NCBI RefSeq assembly: GCF_009914755.1
Contig: NC_060927.1
DNA from: the human T2T-CHM13v2.0 reference genome, Homo sapiens
DNA: 64,000 nucleotides
Reading direction: 5' to 3' (one strand)
Shown: positions 1-14,869 of the stretch, in pieces
How the letters are laid out: every line of letters begins with the position of its first letter
Numbering within the stretch: position 1 is the stretch's first letter
Notes under the pieces: model-generated
Told to the model about the DNA's origin: nothing
The model's database searches: none
The model's input: only the letters and a program-made list of their open reading frames with translations
Position numbers and translations under genes: made by a program

Positions 1-100
1 ATAAGGATGACTGAGGATATAGAGTGTGTACTTATATACATATAAATAAAAGATTGACACTCAAGGTCCTTTTGGGAAATTTTGGGCTGCAAGAGTTACA

Positions 101-1366
101 CAAGGGAACTTCAAAAAGTTTGTGGAAAAATGGAATTAAAAAATAAAAATAAATTTTATTTCTCAACATCAGCTTCATCTTGTTCAAGATACTTTTTAAA
201 GTGATGATACCAGCCATATAGTCCATCCTAAAGAACTGAAGGTCTTGGGAATTTAATCATGCCAATGCAGTCTTTTTCACATTATTAACTAAAGAGAAAT
301 GGGTGCCCTTTATAGACTTTTTCTAGATTAGAAGACGAAAGTCACAAGGAGCCAAATCAGTACTGTATGGTGGATCGAATTGCTCTCAAAATTGGCCTTG
401 TGTGATGAGAGCAATGAGCAGGAACATGGTTGTGGTGGAGGACTCTCTGGTGAAGCTTTCCTGGGCATTTGTCTGCCAAAGCTTTGGCTAACTTTCTCAA
501 AACACACTCATAATAAGCAGATATTATTGTTCTTTGTTCCTCCAGAAAGTCAACAAGCAAAATGCCTTGAGCATCCCAAAAAACTATTGCCATGACCTTT
601 GCTCTTGCCTGGTCTGCATTTGCTTTGACTAGACCACATCTGCCTCTTCATAGCCTTTGCTTTGCTTGTGCTTTTTCTTCAGGATCACACTGATAAAACC
701 ATGTTTTATCTCCTGTTACAGTTTTTCAAAGAAATGTTTCAGGATGTTGATTCCACATGTTTAAAATTCCCATTAAAAGCTTTGCTCTTGTCTGCAGCTG
801 ACCTGGACACAACTGTTTTGGCAGCCATCAAGTAGAAACTTTGCTCAACTTTAATTTTTCAGTCAGAATAGTGCAAACTAAACCAGTTGAAATGTCTGTG
901 GTGTTGGCTGTTGTTTCTGCTGTTAATCGTTGATCTCTTTCAATTAGGGCATGAACAAGATGAATATTTTTCCTCACTAATTGATGGGTATGGTCTACAG
1001 CTGCAGGCTTCACCTTCAACATCATCTCCTTCCTTCTTAAAACGAGTTACCCATTTGTAAACTGCTGATTTCTCTGGGGACATTGTTCCCATAAACTTTT
1101 ATTAAGCATCAGTGATTTTACATTCTTCCACCGAAGCTTCACCATAAATTTGATGTTTGTTCTTGCTTAAATTTTAGCAGAATTTATGTTGCTCTTTGGG
1201 GCTCTTTTCAAACTGATGTCTTATCCTTTTTAATGCCTCAAACTAGATCCTTTTCAGACATGTTATAACAAGTTAGTATGAGTTTATTTTGGTGCAGACA
1301 ATTTTTGAGATCCATGCATAGTTTTTTCATAGTATACATTTTCCATGAACTTTTTGAGTCCTCTCA
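101..1366 (-). mobile_element. Hsmar2 mariner DNA transposon, near full length, defective transposase
   Basis: Terminal inverted repeats CAAGGGAACTTCAAAAAGTTTGTGGAAAAATG (101-) and CATTTTCCATGAACTTTTTGAGTCCTCTCA (-1366), followed by TA. Minus-strand translation gives mariner transposase pieces (TGDKTWFY, MAIVFWDAQGILLVDFL, PPYSTDLAPCDF) with stops and frameshifts. Confidence 0.92.
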
Positions 1367-1784
1367 TAATAATATCATAGTTCAGAAAAGTCTGGTTTAC
1401 ATCACTGCAGCATCTCTTTTTCTTTAATGGACTTTTGACTTCCTCACACCATGTCACCTTTCCTTTTTGTACTTTAATTATAGTCATTGATGTGATAAAG
1501 TTAGGTTGTTCTGAATTATAACAGAGTGAAAACTATGTCACAGCATTTGTCAGTACTGACAACTAGACCACCCCCAGATATGCCCTGCATTTTGGTGTAA
1601 ATAATGGAACAAATAATTTTTTTTCTATTTTCATAATCATTTGTGTAATTATCAGTATTTTTGGCTTATCTACAGGGAATGGGATAATGGGTAAATGTGA
1701 TACTCTAGGTGGAGTATAATTAAATATCTAAAAAAGTCCCTCAAACAGTAGCTGGTTTTTAGGTTGTTTTTATTTCATCATCAG

Positions 1785-1865
1785 GTAAAGAGAGATGAAT
1801 CTGGAGCAATACATGTTACTAAGCAAAAGCATCTTCACCTATACTATGACCTCATCAACTTTACC
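1785..1865 (+). CDS. VPS8: VPS8 coding exon (81 nt, phase 0-0): VKRDESGAIHVTKQKHLHLYYDLINFT
   Basis: catcag|GTAAAG acceptor, ACC|gtgagt donor; in frame with next exon; matches recalled VPS8 protein. Confidence 0.93.
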
Positions 1866-1990
1866 GTGAGTATTATTCAAATTAAATATCCCCATTTAGT
1901 TCATGTAATTGTTCTGAATCTATGATATATTAAAGCTACCAGGATTTCTGCCAAGAATTATTACCTTTAAGATCATATGAAATATGGACA

Positions 1991-2158
1991 GTCCGGCACC
2001 GAGGCTCGTGCCTGTAGTCCCAGCTACTTGGGAGGCCGAGCTGGGATAGCTTAAGCCCAGGAGTTCGAGGCTGTAGTGCTCAGTGATCGCTCCTGTGACT
2101 AGTCACTGCACTCCAGCCTGGGCAACATAGTGAGACCCTGTCTCTTAAAAAAAAAAAA
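1991..2158 (+). mobile_element. FAM (fossil Alu monomer)
   Basis: Single monomer retaining the 7SL-like segment GATCGCTCCTGTGACTAGTCACTGCACTCCAGCCTGGGCAACATAG, then poly(A). Confidence 0.8.
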
Positions 2159-2159
2159 G

Positions 2160-2261
2160 TATATGTGTGTGTGTATATATATACGTATATATATGTATGT
2201 ATACGTATATATGTATATATATGTATATATGTGTGTATATATATGTATATGTATGTATACA

Positions 2262-2303
<42 letters not shown>
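2160..2303. repeat. Compound (TA/TG)n-(CA)n microsatellite
   Basis: Directly visible, adjoining the FAM tail. Confidence 0.95.
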
Positions 2304-2309
<6 letters not shown>

Positions 2310-2572
2310 GGGAGTCCTGGTTATATTGAATAAACTCTGAATGTGGTGTGATGCCACAAATTATTGCCTTTCAGTCTATGTCCTGCTGAACACAGGCAGG
2401 ATTAGAAATTTAATGTCTTGTTTAGCTCAAAGGGGAGTTTGGCTTCAGAAGAATTTAGGTGAATTTTTTGAGAATCATTGCCTTGCTTTCTCTGTAAAAC
2501 ATTTTTTGTATTTTTGAGCTTTGTCTTCATTGATTCAGCAGCTTGTGCAACCTCTTTTTTTCTTGCGGCTAA

Positions 2573-2923
<351 letters not shown>

Positions 2924-4698
2924 AACTTCTTGGTTTAAAAAGAGATTTCTTTTTGTATCAAATTTTATTTTTTCTCTCTCAAATGGTTCGTTAATTTTGA
3001 GAACAATGTAATTATAATATTTCTGGGTTCCCATCATTAATACATTTTAGCACATCAGTGTCTGGTGTCCAGTAACATTCTGTAGATGCATGAATATAGG
3101 CAACCCTAAATATAAGGCAATGCCTCATTTTTCTAATAAAAAGAATGAAAAAGTGCTTTTTCCTCAACTTGATAACTGTAATTTTTTAGGATATAGATGA
3201 AGTAAATCCTTTCTTTACATGATTTATTGATTTAGTTGTACATTACATTTTTAACTCGCAGACAGTTGTTTAGAAATAATTCTTTCTTCCATACACATTT
3301 TATGAAATAATTTTGTTCAGACTCTTAGAAGACATCAGTGTTGTCATCACCAGAACTGTCTTGTTGAATCATGTCATACAGTTTTTCAGAATTTATCATC
3401 ATAATTTCTGTTTAAGATGTTTGAGATACAGTACTTTAAAAATCTGCAGAAGTGTATGTGACCATTAACTGCATTGTTTTGTAAATTACCCTTAAAAGGC
3501 TTATTTACAACAATGTCAACACTTGCAACGCTGCGGGTCTAATCTCAGGAATAATTACTAAACTTATTGAGGTTCATTTTTTTCTGCCATTCTCTTGTTT
3601 TCACCAGGTGACCTCTGAGAGTACCTAAGAACTAGCACTGATTAAGGTTGTATAAGGCTAAATAATGTGATTTTTCCCAGAAAATACTTTTTCTAAATAA
3701 AATAATTAAGAGAGCACCTTATAAGAGCTTTCTGTAAAAGATTTGCATATCAAACTCCCTGTTTTCTGAAAGATATTTTTTAGAGGAGGAGAGGGGAACA
3801 AACTCTTCCCTTAGAGTGGCTAATATACAGTAATAGAGTGTATTTTTTAGCATTTTCAACTGGTTATCTTTAATTGGACATTATGCAAATAATATCTGAT
3901 GACATGGAATAGAACATACAAATACACCAGCATGAATACCAGAGACATAAAGGGCAGGGGACGCACTTCGTTCTGGCGACTTCTGAATTCTGATTGAGCA
4001 GATTTTAAGATTTATTTCTTGGGAAACGATTGGGATTGCCAAAAAAAAATTTGAAAATAAGAAATCTGATTTTATACATAACCCAAGAAATTTGTTAAAA
4101 TGGCATCCTTCAGAAGATTTTTAAAGTTATTATTGTTAATACTTTTAACATTATAATAGTACTTATTAAAGAAAATTTGGGAGATACAGAGAAATAGAAC
4201 AAAGGACTCTCATAATTTTAAGAGAGATTTTGAAGGAAGTAGATTGTTAAAATAGCTTCTATTTTAAAATATGTATTGTTTCAGTGCTAACAATTGTCCT
4301 CTGACCAGCTAGGTTTATCGGCTTTACTTTGTTCTTTTGTTTCAGCAATATCAGAAAAACTAGAAATGCAGAGTTTGTCATGATAATGAAGTCATTTGTG
4401 CCAATTGCTTTAAAAAATCTTTTATAAAAAACGATATGCTCTAATCCACCTACAGCTTTTAGTCTTCTTTTACACTATGAAAGTGTCATTTTAACATTTT
4501 CAAAAGTCAGTAGTATATTGTACCTACTGTTCTCTGGCCTGTCACTGAGTAGTTCTTGCTTTGATTGTGTTGCCATGTAAATTGTTAAATGGATCAAGTC
4601 CTCAATGTAATTTAATCGAGCAGCCAAGCTTTCTTCTTGACCCAAATGATGAAGCGGGTGTGGTCTCACTTTTGTTTTGTTGTGTGCTTGAATTACAG

Positions 4699-4869
4699 TG
4701 GATAAATTCACGCACAGTTGTGCTCTTAGACAGCGTAGAGAAGTTGCATGTGATTGATCGGCAAACACAAGAGGAATTGGAGACAGTGGAGATCTCAGAA
4801 GTTCAGCTGGTCTACAATAGCAGCCATTTCAAATCACTAGCCACTGGAGGAAATGTTAGCCAGGCACTG
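4699..4869 (+). CDS. VPS8: VPS8 coding exon (171 nt, 0-0): WINSRTVVLL...GGNVSQAL
   Basis: ttacag|TGG acceptor, CTG|gtaagg donor; core of ORF 4561..5004. Confidence 0.96.
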
Positions 4870-5844
4870 GTAAGGATAATCACTTATCTTGCTATCCTAG
4901 AAAATACTTTGATAAACTTGGTATTTTGTTATAGTTGTTTTAGAAATAGGAACTCTGGGGAGTTACCTTTTTCTGTCTTGAGGTGTTTCTTTACAAGCCA
5001 CTAGGTTGAAGTGGGTGTGGATGTGCTTATAAGTGTTTGGGAATACAAGCTAAAACAATCATTTTTCTTCCCTTCTATTCAGAAATGTGACTTATTTTAC
5101 TTAATAACAAAGAGTTTTAATTTTTATACTAAAATAATGACGTATAATGGAAAATTTGTGAGAAAAATTGTAAAAATCAAAATATTTTTAGAAAGCTTAA
5201 TTTGGCAGTAATAAGCCTGATAGATTTAAGGGATAAATAACTACAGACAGGTACTCTATGAGGCTTTGGAAATATTTGGGTGATAATGGTAAAGGCTTGA
5301 ACAGGTATGGTAGCTGTGGGTATTAAAAAACAAAGATGGCTTTGAGAGAAAGAAGATATTCTAGAAATAGGTGATAGATGAGATGCAGGAGCCTAGAGAG
5401 AAGGAGGACGCAACAAAGTTATGGCCTTAGCATTAATTTTATTGTATCATTAAGCAACTACAGTAATGGCCTTAAGCAATTTCCACAGATAGTTTATAGT
5501 TCAGTCACCTTGAATTGTGATCTCATGTTCCTAAACCACAAATCTTTAAGTAGGAAATTTAGACCATTGTGCGAACTTCCTTGGATAATTTTTTGAAAAA
5601 AATAGTAATGATGGTCATATTTAATGAGTGACTACAGCATGATGTGTAGGCTTTGCTCAAATCTCCTTCATATTATAACTTCAGAGCATAAAATATATAT
5701 GAAAGGGTCTTCCAGCCTCCCACTTTAAAAACCAAGAAAAGTCAGAATAAGAAATGATAGTGTAATATAATTCACTAAGTGATAATAATAATTACTGTTC
5801 CATACTTTATTTTCTTGTGTTTGAATGGTATTAAAAATACTAGT

Positions 5845-8640
<2,796 letters not shown>

Positions 8641-8677
8641 TTTTTTTACCTTTTTTGTATGTATGTTTTTCTTCCAG

Positions 8678-8752
8678 GCTTTGGTTGGAGAGAAGGCTTG
8701 TTATCAATCCATCAGTAGCTATGGTGGTCAGATCTTTTATTTGGGGACAAAA
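8678..8752 (+). CDS. VPS8: VPS8 coding exon (75 nt, 0-0): ALVGEKACYQSISSYGGQIFYLGTK
   Basis: ttccag|GCT acceptor, AAA|gtaagc donor; frame continuity. Confidence 0.95.
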
Positions 8753-9365
8753 GTAAGCTCTTTTACTCTGTGAGTTGGTATTTGTATGTATCAGGGTAGT
8801 TGAGGCTGAAGGAGATTGCTGGTAAAGAGGGCAGTATATTGCAAAGTGAATATTGGTCAGCAATTATCCTAAACCCTTTGTGGTTAGGTAGGCATGATTT
8901 TTAGTTAATTATTTTTTTCCTCTACTTTTAGACATATTCTTTACTTTTGTTTAGGTGCTGGCTAATAGGATGCTTATTTTCTTGATTCAGAGATGTGCTT
9001 TTGTAAGCTTCCTTCACGTTTATGTTTTTATGACCAGGCAGCTACCTAATCATGGATATTTGTCATGTACTTAAGATGGCTGTTAGCTTAGATCAGCTTA
9101 GGATGCTGATTAAAATGTATTGAGGTATTTGACTTAGAATAGAATTGTTGGAATAGGAACTTTCTGTACCTCAATTTATCTCAGTTTGTTCCTGTGCTTT
9201 TTAAAAAACATGGAGAAACATTTCTTCATTATTAAAATTTAACCAAAATATTGCCAAGTCAGTAGAGGGAAATGAGCTTGGGCTTTCCTTGCTTCTTGTC
9301 CATGGAATTAACTCCTTCTTGGACTGTAGACCTTTAAATAGACTTACTCTTTAATGTGAGTTCTA

Positions 9366-9660
9366 GGCCAGATGCGTTGCCTCACACCTGTAATCCCAGC
9401 ACTTTGGAAGGTCTTGGCGGGCAGATCACATGAGGCTAAGAGTTCAAGACCAGCCTGGCCAACATGGCAAAACCTTGTCTCTAGTAAAAATACAAAAATT
9501 AGCCAGTTGTGGTGGCAGGTGCCTGTAATCTCAGCTACTCGAGAAGCTGAGGAATGAGAATCATTTGAACCCCGGAGGTGGAGGTTGCAGTAAGCCAAGA
9601 TCCCGCTGCTGCACTCCAGCCTGGGCAACAGAGCGAGACTCTGTCTCAAAAAAAAGAAAA
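9366..9660 (+). mobile_element. Alu (AluS-like)
   Basis: Full dimer with A-rich linker and tail. Confidence 0.93.
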
Positions 9661-9825
9661 GCGTTCTTGAAGACCCATTAGTAAATTCTAAGATATACTT
9701 CTAACTGTAGTATGAAATGTTTTACTTAAAGGGATATCAAATGAGATGTGGGACTAGGACAAATGTATCTCCCAAAGAAGTCTGTTAAGGGTGATCATTT
9801 TAATTTCCATCTCTTTACTTTCCAG

Positions 9826-9861
9826 TCTGTTTATGTGATGATGCTGAGGAGCTGGAGAGAG
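9826..9861 (+). CDS. VPS8: VPS8 coding exon (36 nt, 0-0): SVYVMMLRSWRE
   Basis: ttccag|TCT acceptor, GAG|gtgagt donor; frame continuity. Confidence 0.93.
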
Positions 9862-10026
9862 GTGAGTTCCAAGTAATTTCACATGTCAGAGTTACTGAAT
9901 TGGTAGCTTCTTAACATTTCTGTTTTGACTTTTCAGAAGAAGATTATTTGGTAAGCTTCTTAATTTCAGAAGTGTACAAGAAAACCATTATAGCTGTTAG
10001 GTACTTGATTTGCTAGAACTGACAGT

Positions 10027-10501
10027 ATAAGTTAGAATTAGGTTTGTCTACATATATTAGAAAATTCAAAATAATAGTGGCTTAAATAAGATTTCTCTGT
10101 CATGTAAAAGCACCTGGAGCTAGGTGGTCCGCAGCTCTTGTAGGAATTCCATAAGCTTAAGCGTGCTGTCCTGTTCCACCATGTTTGTCTTTGAATTCTG
10201 GTCTCAGGGCCATTTTATAATTCAGTATGGTTGCTAGAGCTCCAGCTGTTACCACATTTTAGGAAGGAAGAAAGAAAAATAAAGGCTGTCTCCTACCTCT
10301 TAAGATGACATCCCAGAAATACCAGACAACACTTCCACTTATCGTTAGCCAGAGCTCAGTCACATTGTTCCCAGTGGCTACAAGGTAGTCTTAGAAATAT
10401 CCTTCAGCTGGTATATTGCTGTCTCAAATAAGCTTGGGGTTTGTTACTACCAAGGAGGAGGAAATCAATGTTGTGATAAACAACTAGCCATTTCTGCTAC
10501 A
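10027..10501 (-). mobile_element. LTR33-like ERVL solo LTR
   Basis: TTAGGTTTG...AGAAAATTCAAAATAATAGTGGCTTAAATAAGA start and ...TTCTGCTACA end resemble recalled LTR33 consensus. Confidence 0.65.
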
Positions 10502-10747
10502 ATGGCATTCCAGCTATTTCCCCTTTTCATATTTAGGCCCCGTGGCTCTCTATACTAGCATATATAGTCATTATACTATCTAGTGCTTGAAGATATTATT
10601 TTTCTTTGAAACAAGATATTCACATAATTATTAAAATAATTTTAGCCACTAAGCAGCAACTTCTGGAAGGATTTTAGGTGGAATAGGAATTCTGACTGGT
10701 GACTGGTCAGACAAAGGGGCCTGGTTTCTCTCATTTTTCCGTTTTAG

Positions 10748-10838
10748 AGAGTGGATCATCTCCTGAAACAAGATTGTCTTACAGAAGCGTTGGCTCTTGC
10801 GTGGTCTTTCCATGAAGGAAAAGCAAAAGCAGTAGTGG
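10748..10838 (+). CDS. VPS8: VPS8 coding exon (91 nt, 0-1): RVDHLLKQDCLTEALALAWSFHEGKAKAVV(G)
   Basis: ttttag|AGA acceptor, TGG|gtgagt donor. Confidence 0.95.
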
Positions 10839-11283
10839 GTGAGTAGGCAGAATTCCAGTGTAGTAGACGTGGTTCTCCTGGAGTAGAGGGAATGGTTAGT
10901 ACTAACCACTCATAGGACACTTTTAGCTGAGTGTCGAAGTGTTTATAAACAGGATGCTAATTAAACCTTATAGACTTTCAGTTAAGAAGGTTAATGTGAC
11001 AAATAATGTGACAAATAGAGGGTATAGAAATTAAAATGTCGCTTTTAAAATTATTTTGTAAGGAAATTACTATTGGAATGAAAGAGAAGTACATTGATAT
11101 GCTATCCGGTCCAGTAGATTTGAGGTGTTCCTATTATGGTGTATTATCCAACATTTTGATAGCTAAGAATTGTTACAATTATACCTGTTGTTTCACATCT
11201 TATAAATATGAAACCAGACATAGTTTCACTCCTAAAGATGTGGACTAACTTTTGTTTTTTTGTTGGATTTTCCTTCTCTGCAG

Positions 11284-11330
11284 GATTATCAGGGGATGCC
11301 AGTAAGCGAAAGGCTATTGTTGCAGACCGG
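11284..11330 (+). CDS. VPS8: VPS8 coding exon (47 nt, 1-0): (G)LSGDASKRKAIVADR
   Basis: ctgcag|GA acceptor, CGG|gtgagt donor; phases match neighbours. Confidence 0.95.
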
Positions 11331-11472
11331 GTGAGTATTTTAAGAGGGTCTTTACTAGAATACAGTGCAGATTTGCTTTTGTCATTTGCCAGTATCTTTG
11401 GGCATGAGTAGATAAATGGCTACAATCTAGAAGAGAGTGTATTAAAAAACACACACACACACAGACACACAC

Positions 11473-11697
11473 TTGGGGTCAGGGGTTCAAGACTAGCATG
11501 GGCAACATAGCAAGACCCCGTCTCTAAAAAAAAATAGAAAGATTAGCCAGGTATGGTGGTGTGCACCTGTAGTCCTAGCTACTTGGGAGGCGAGGCCAGA
11601 GGATCACTTGAGCCTAGGAGTTTGAGGCTACAGTGAGCTATGATTGCGGCACTGCACTCCAGCCTGGGCAACAGAGTGAGACCTGTATCTAAAAAAA
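11473..11697 (+). mobile_element. 5'-truncated AluJ, preceded by (CA)n at 11449-11472
   Basis: AluJ-type GGATCACTTGAGCCTAGGAGTTTGAGGCTACAGTGAGCTATG. Confidence 0.88.
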
Positions 11698-12517
11698 CAG
11701 TCAGGTTATAATTCCCTGTGTCATCTTGAATACTTTTAAAATTCCTTCTTAATCACCTTTTCTTTTTTCCCTTGCTCACTCTTTTATGAAGATAATAAAG
11801 TACATAGCCAAAAGACAGCAGGAAGGAGGAGGAAGAAAACCTGGGAATCTGGATTATTTCTGAACCAAGTAATAGCCCACAGAAAATTGACATTTGTTAG
11901 TTTTTATAAACTTACTAGTAATTATGAGAACTAGTGTATGTGCAAATGTTTGTGTTGCCCAGAACTAGCAGAGAGGATTAATGTTTTAATGTTATTATTA
12001 ATTAGCATCAATATAATTGATGCTAATATTTAATATTGACCTTCTGTTCCTACTCTAGACTGGGCTGAATTAATTGACTATAGGATTCCCTCCCTTTTGT
12101 TGTGTAAATGCATTGGTAAAAATTATATTCCAAATTAGTATAAACATTTGTGGAAAACCTGGATAGAAATTGGTTACTCCTTAGACTCCGAATGATTTGC
12201 TCATCTGTGCTCTTTAGGGAAACACCTACAGCGAGGATTACTGAAGAACTTGAATGTTTCATTTCCTGAGCAGTATAGATGCCACTGAGGTCTAGAACAT
12301 GGAGATATTTCTTAAGAAAGATTAGCAAATTAGTACTAGCCCTGAGACTGGAAGAAATGAGGCTAGAGTTTTAAAAAGTTGGTAAATAAAGCCACTAAAA
12401 TTTTCAGTTAAATTTTAATAACAAATTCTAATTATGTATTATTTAGGAGAGCCACATACATATTGAAAAACTTTAGAGATATATTTTAATGTCTATGCCA
12501 GGCTGTTTTCCTTACAG

Positions 12518-12607
12518 ATGGTAGAAATCCTATTCCATTATGCAGATCGAGCTCTGAAAAAGTGCCCAGACCAAGGAAAAATCCAAGTGATGGAGCAGCA
12601 TTTTCAG
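12518..12607 (+). CDS. VPS8: VPS8 coding exon (90 nt, 0-0): MVEILFHYADRALKKCPDQGKIQVMEQHFQ
   Basis: ttacag|ATG acceptor, CAG|gtacac donor. Confidence 0.95.
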
Positions 12608-13246
12608 GTACACATTGCATGTGCTTCCAGTAGACGATGCTCTGGATAGGTCTAATACTCCTCTTTTATGTTACTTGAGAATGTGACTTTCATTTTTGGT
12701 TAAACATTTTTTTAGTATTCAAAACTTTATTTCAGGGCTTGTAGAACATTCTAAATGATTATATTTTTAAGTAATGGGTATAAATGAGTAAAACGTTGTG
12801 GAGTGTTACTTAGCGCTTAGCTGCTTAGTGGCGTGTGGAAGGAAAGGATATACGTGTGAAGATCCTTTGCTGTAAACTGATACCTTATAGTGGCTGACAT
12901 CCTGCTCGTCTAATATTTATGTTAACCAGGTTATTTAGTACTGCCAAGGTTTAAATTTAGTTCTCCTAGGAGCACCTATGACTTAAGAATAATAGATCAA
13001 TCACAAATATATATATATATATAAAATATGATCTATAAAATATGCTAATGAAAGACCTTTAGTTTATCTTGGAACTTAATGAAAATGAAAGCCAAAGAAC
13101 AATGTAGACGTGTATGTATTTATTATGCAGGTTTTACTTTCTGCAGTGCTCTCCAGTTATATTTGTTGCAAATTGCTGTTCCCCATTCCTACTACTCCCT
13201 TCCCTCTGCCTACCTCCTCTTTTAACAAATATTTGAGTGTCCAATA

Positions 13247-13455
13247 CAGGGATCAGCAGACTTTTTCTAAAAAGACTCAGATAGCAGAGTTTAGGCTTTG
13301 CAGGCTACAGTGGTCTCTGTCACATCTTTTTCTTCCTTTCTTTTGTTTTTTGATTTTTTAAGCAACCCCTTAAAATTGTAAAGTCCATTCTTAGCTGTGA
13401 ACAATACAGAAACAGGCTATGGGCAGGATTTGGCTAAAGTGTGCGTCCCGTGGTC
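13247..13455. mobile_element. MER58-type hAT-Charlie DNA element
   Basis: CAGGGATCAGCAGACTTTTTCT...TTTAGGCTTTGCAGGC...GGGCAGGATTTGGC. Confidence 0.7.
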
Positions 13456-14869
13456 TGATATGTACTTGGCACTGGGCAATAGTAAAATTTACATGATCTT
13501 TACTATCTTAAAGTTTGTAGTCTAGTCAAAATAATGGGTTTTTTTGGTTTACATTAATGGACATATTTAGAAGAAATCTAGGGATTTTGAAGTTCTAAAG
13601 AGTAGGCACAGGTCCTATCTTTTCATATTCTATTTGATGCTTGTAACATTGGAAGACAAGAATAGATATGGCAGTTAAGAGTTGGCTGGTATCAGAGAAG
13701 CATTTGGCTTCCTGAACTGTGCTGTTCAATGCCATGCTAGTGAGCTTCTGGTAGAGTAACTGTTATTACTCTGTTTGGCTGGATGCTTATTAAATTTATC
13801 AGTAGAGAAGGAGAAATAAGCCTAGATAAAGTTATAAAAATAAATAACTTAGGAAGAAGACATATGGTAGAAAGAAAGCATTTGGGAACAAAACTGTTTG
13901 GAAACAATACTTTATATATAAGTACTTGTGTATACCAATGCAGTATAGATAGAAAACTTAATATTTGTAACAAGAATATACCTATCACCAAGAGGTTGTA
14001 GGAACTCTGGCCTTTGGAAGGTATACTTTGTTGAAAAAAATCATCTAGTAGAAAAAGCTAGGAGGGGTGAATGGAATGAGTGTGTATGTGTGTGTGGAGA
14101 ATATAGAAACCACAGTGTTGGGGGAAAACGTGGTAGAGAGCTTCTTTCTAAAAGATGAAAGGAACAAAGGTGACGTTCTGATGGAGAAATAGTAAAGAAT
14201 CTCAGATACGGGAACTGTAGATGGTGGTTTCTGATGCATTCCTGTAGATGGTGGTTTCTGATGCTGACTGCAGAACGTACAGAGATGCATTACTACTAAC
14301 AGATGTTAGTAGTAATGTGCTCTGTAACCATCTAGCTTCCTGTTAGAAGTCTCATTCTGTTGGTAAGAGTATCTGATAAAATTTTTGATTTTTCAGTGAT
14401 TAGTCTCATAGGAGGTGAAGGAAACAATGGAGGGGACTATTTCTCTGGATTTAATTTTTACTAATGATTGGGGAAGTAGAAGAGATAGACCCTTGAGAGA
14501 AAAATTATCACTTTATTTTAACAATCATAATAATGATGAAAAATATACATAGCATGAGTCCTCTATTTCAGAAAGCAAATATCTCAGAAAAAAATATGGG
14601 CACAATCACATGGCTACAGGCTCCAAAAAAAGAATGGGTTCACAAGGAACAGGAAATTCTAAAATTTCAACCATTCAAGGAGAAAGTAATGTTGAAAGAA
14701 GGTTCTATCTGCAAATCACAGAACATCTATAAATATGGAGAAAGGCATATAACTAAAGATACATACCAGAAGTATCATGAACTTGTAAGACTGTCAGAAA
14801 GGAGAATGATATGGTCCAGACTGTGCCTACCACAATGCTGTGGAGTACAAAATAGGGATTTTTAACAAA

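Noticed and set aside
2080-2357. Overlapping ORFs rich in C/V/Y/I/H/T (also near 28145-28564)
   Set aside because: Dinucleotide microsatellite and Alu translations.
3080-3600. Possible ancient Tigger/pogo-like remnant
   Set aside because: Only a faint resemblance; termini and family could not be supported.
3575-3613. Recursive-splice-like site (pyrimidine tract, CAG|GTGACC)
   Set aside because: Intron is only 2.8 kb and the regenerated donor is weak.
4561-5004. 147-aa ORF as a standalone gene
   Set aside because: Only 4699-4869 is the VPS8 exon; the flanks are intronic read-through.
10992-11015. 12-bp tandem duplication TAATGTGACAAA (similar ones near 15823, 37286, 43612)
   Set aside because: Ordinary slippage products with no functional context.
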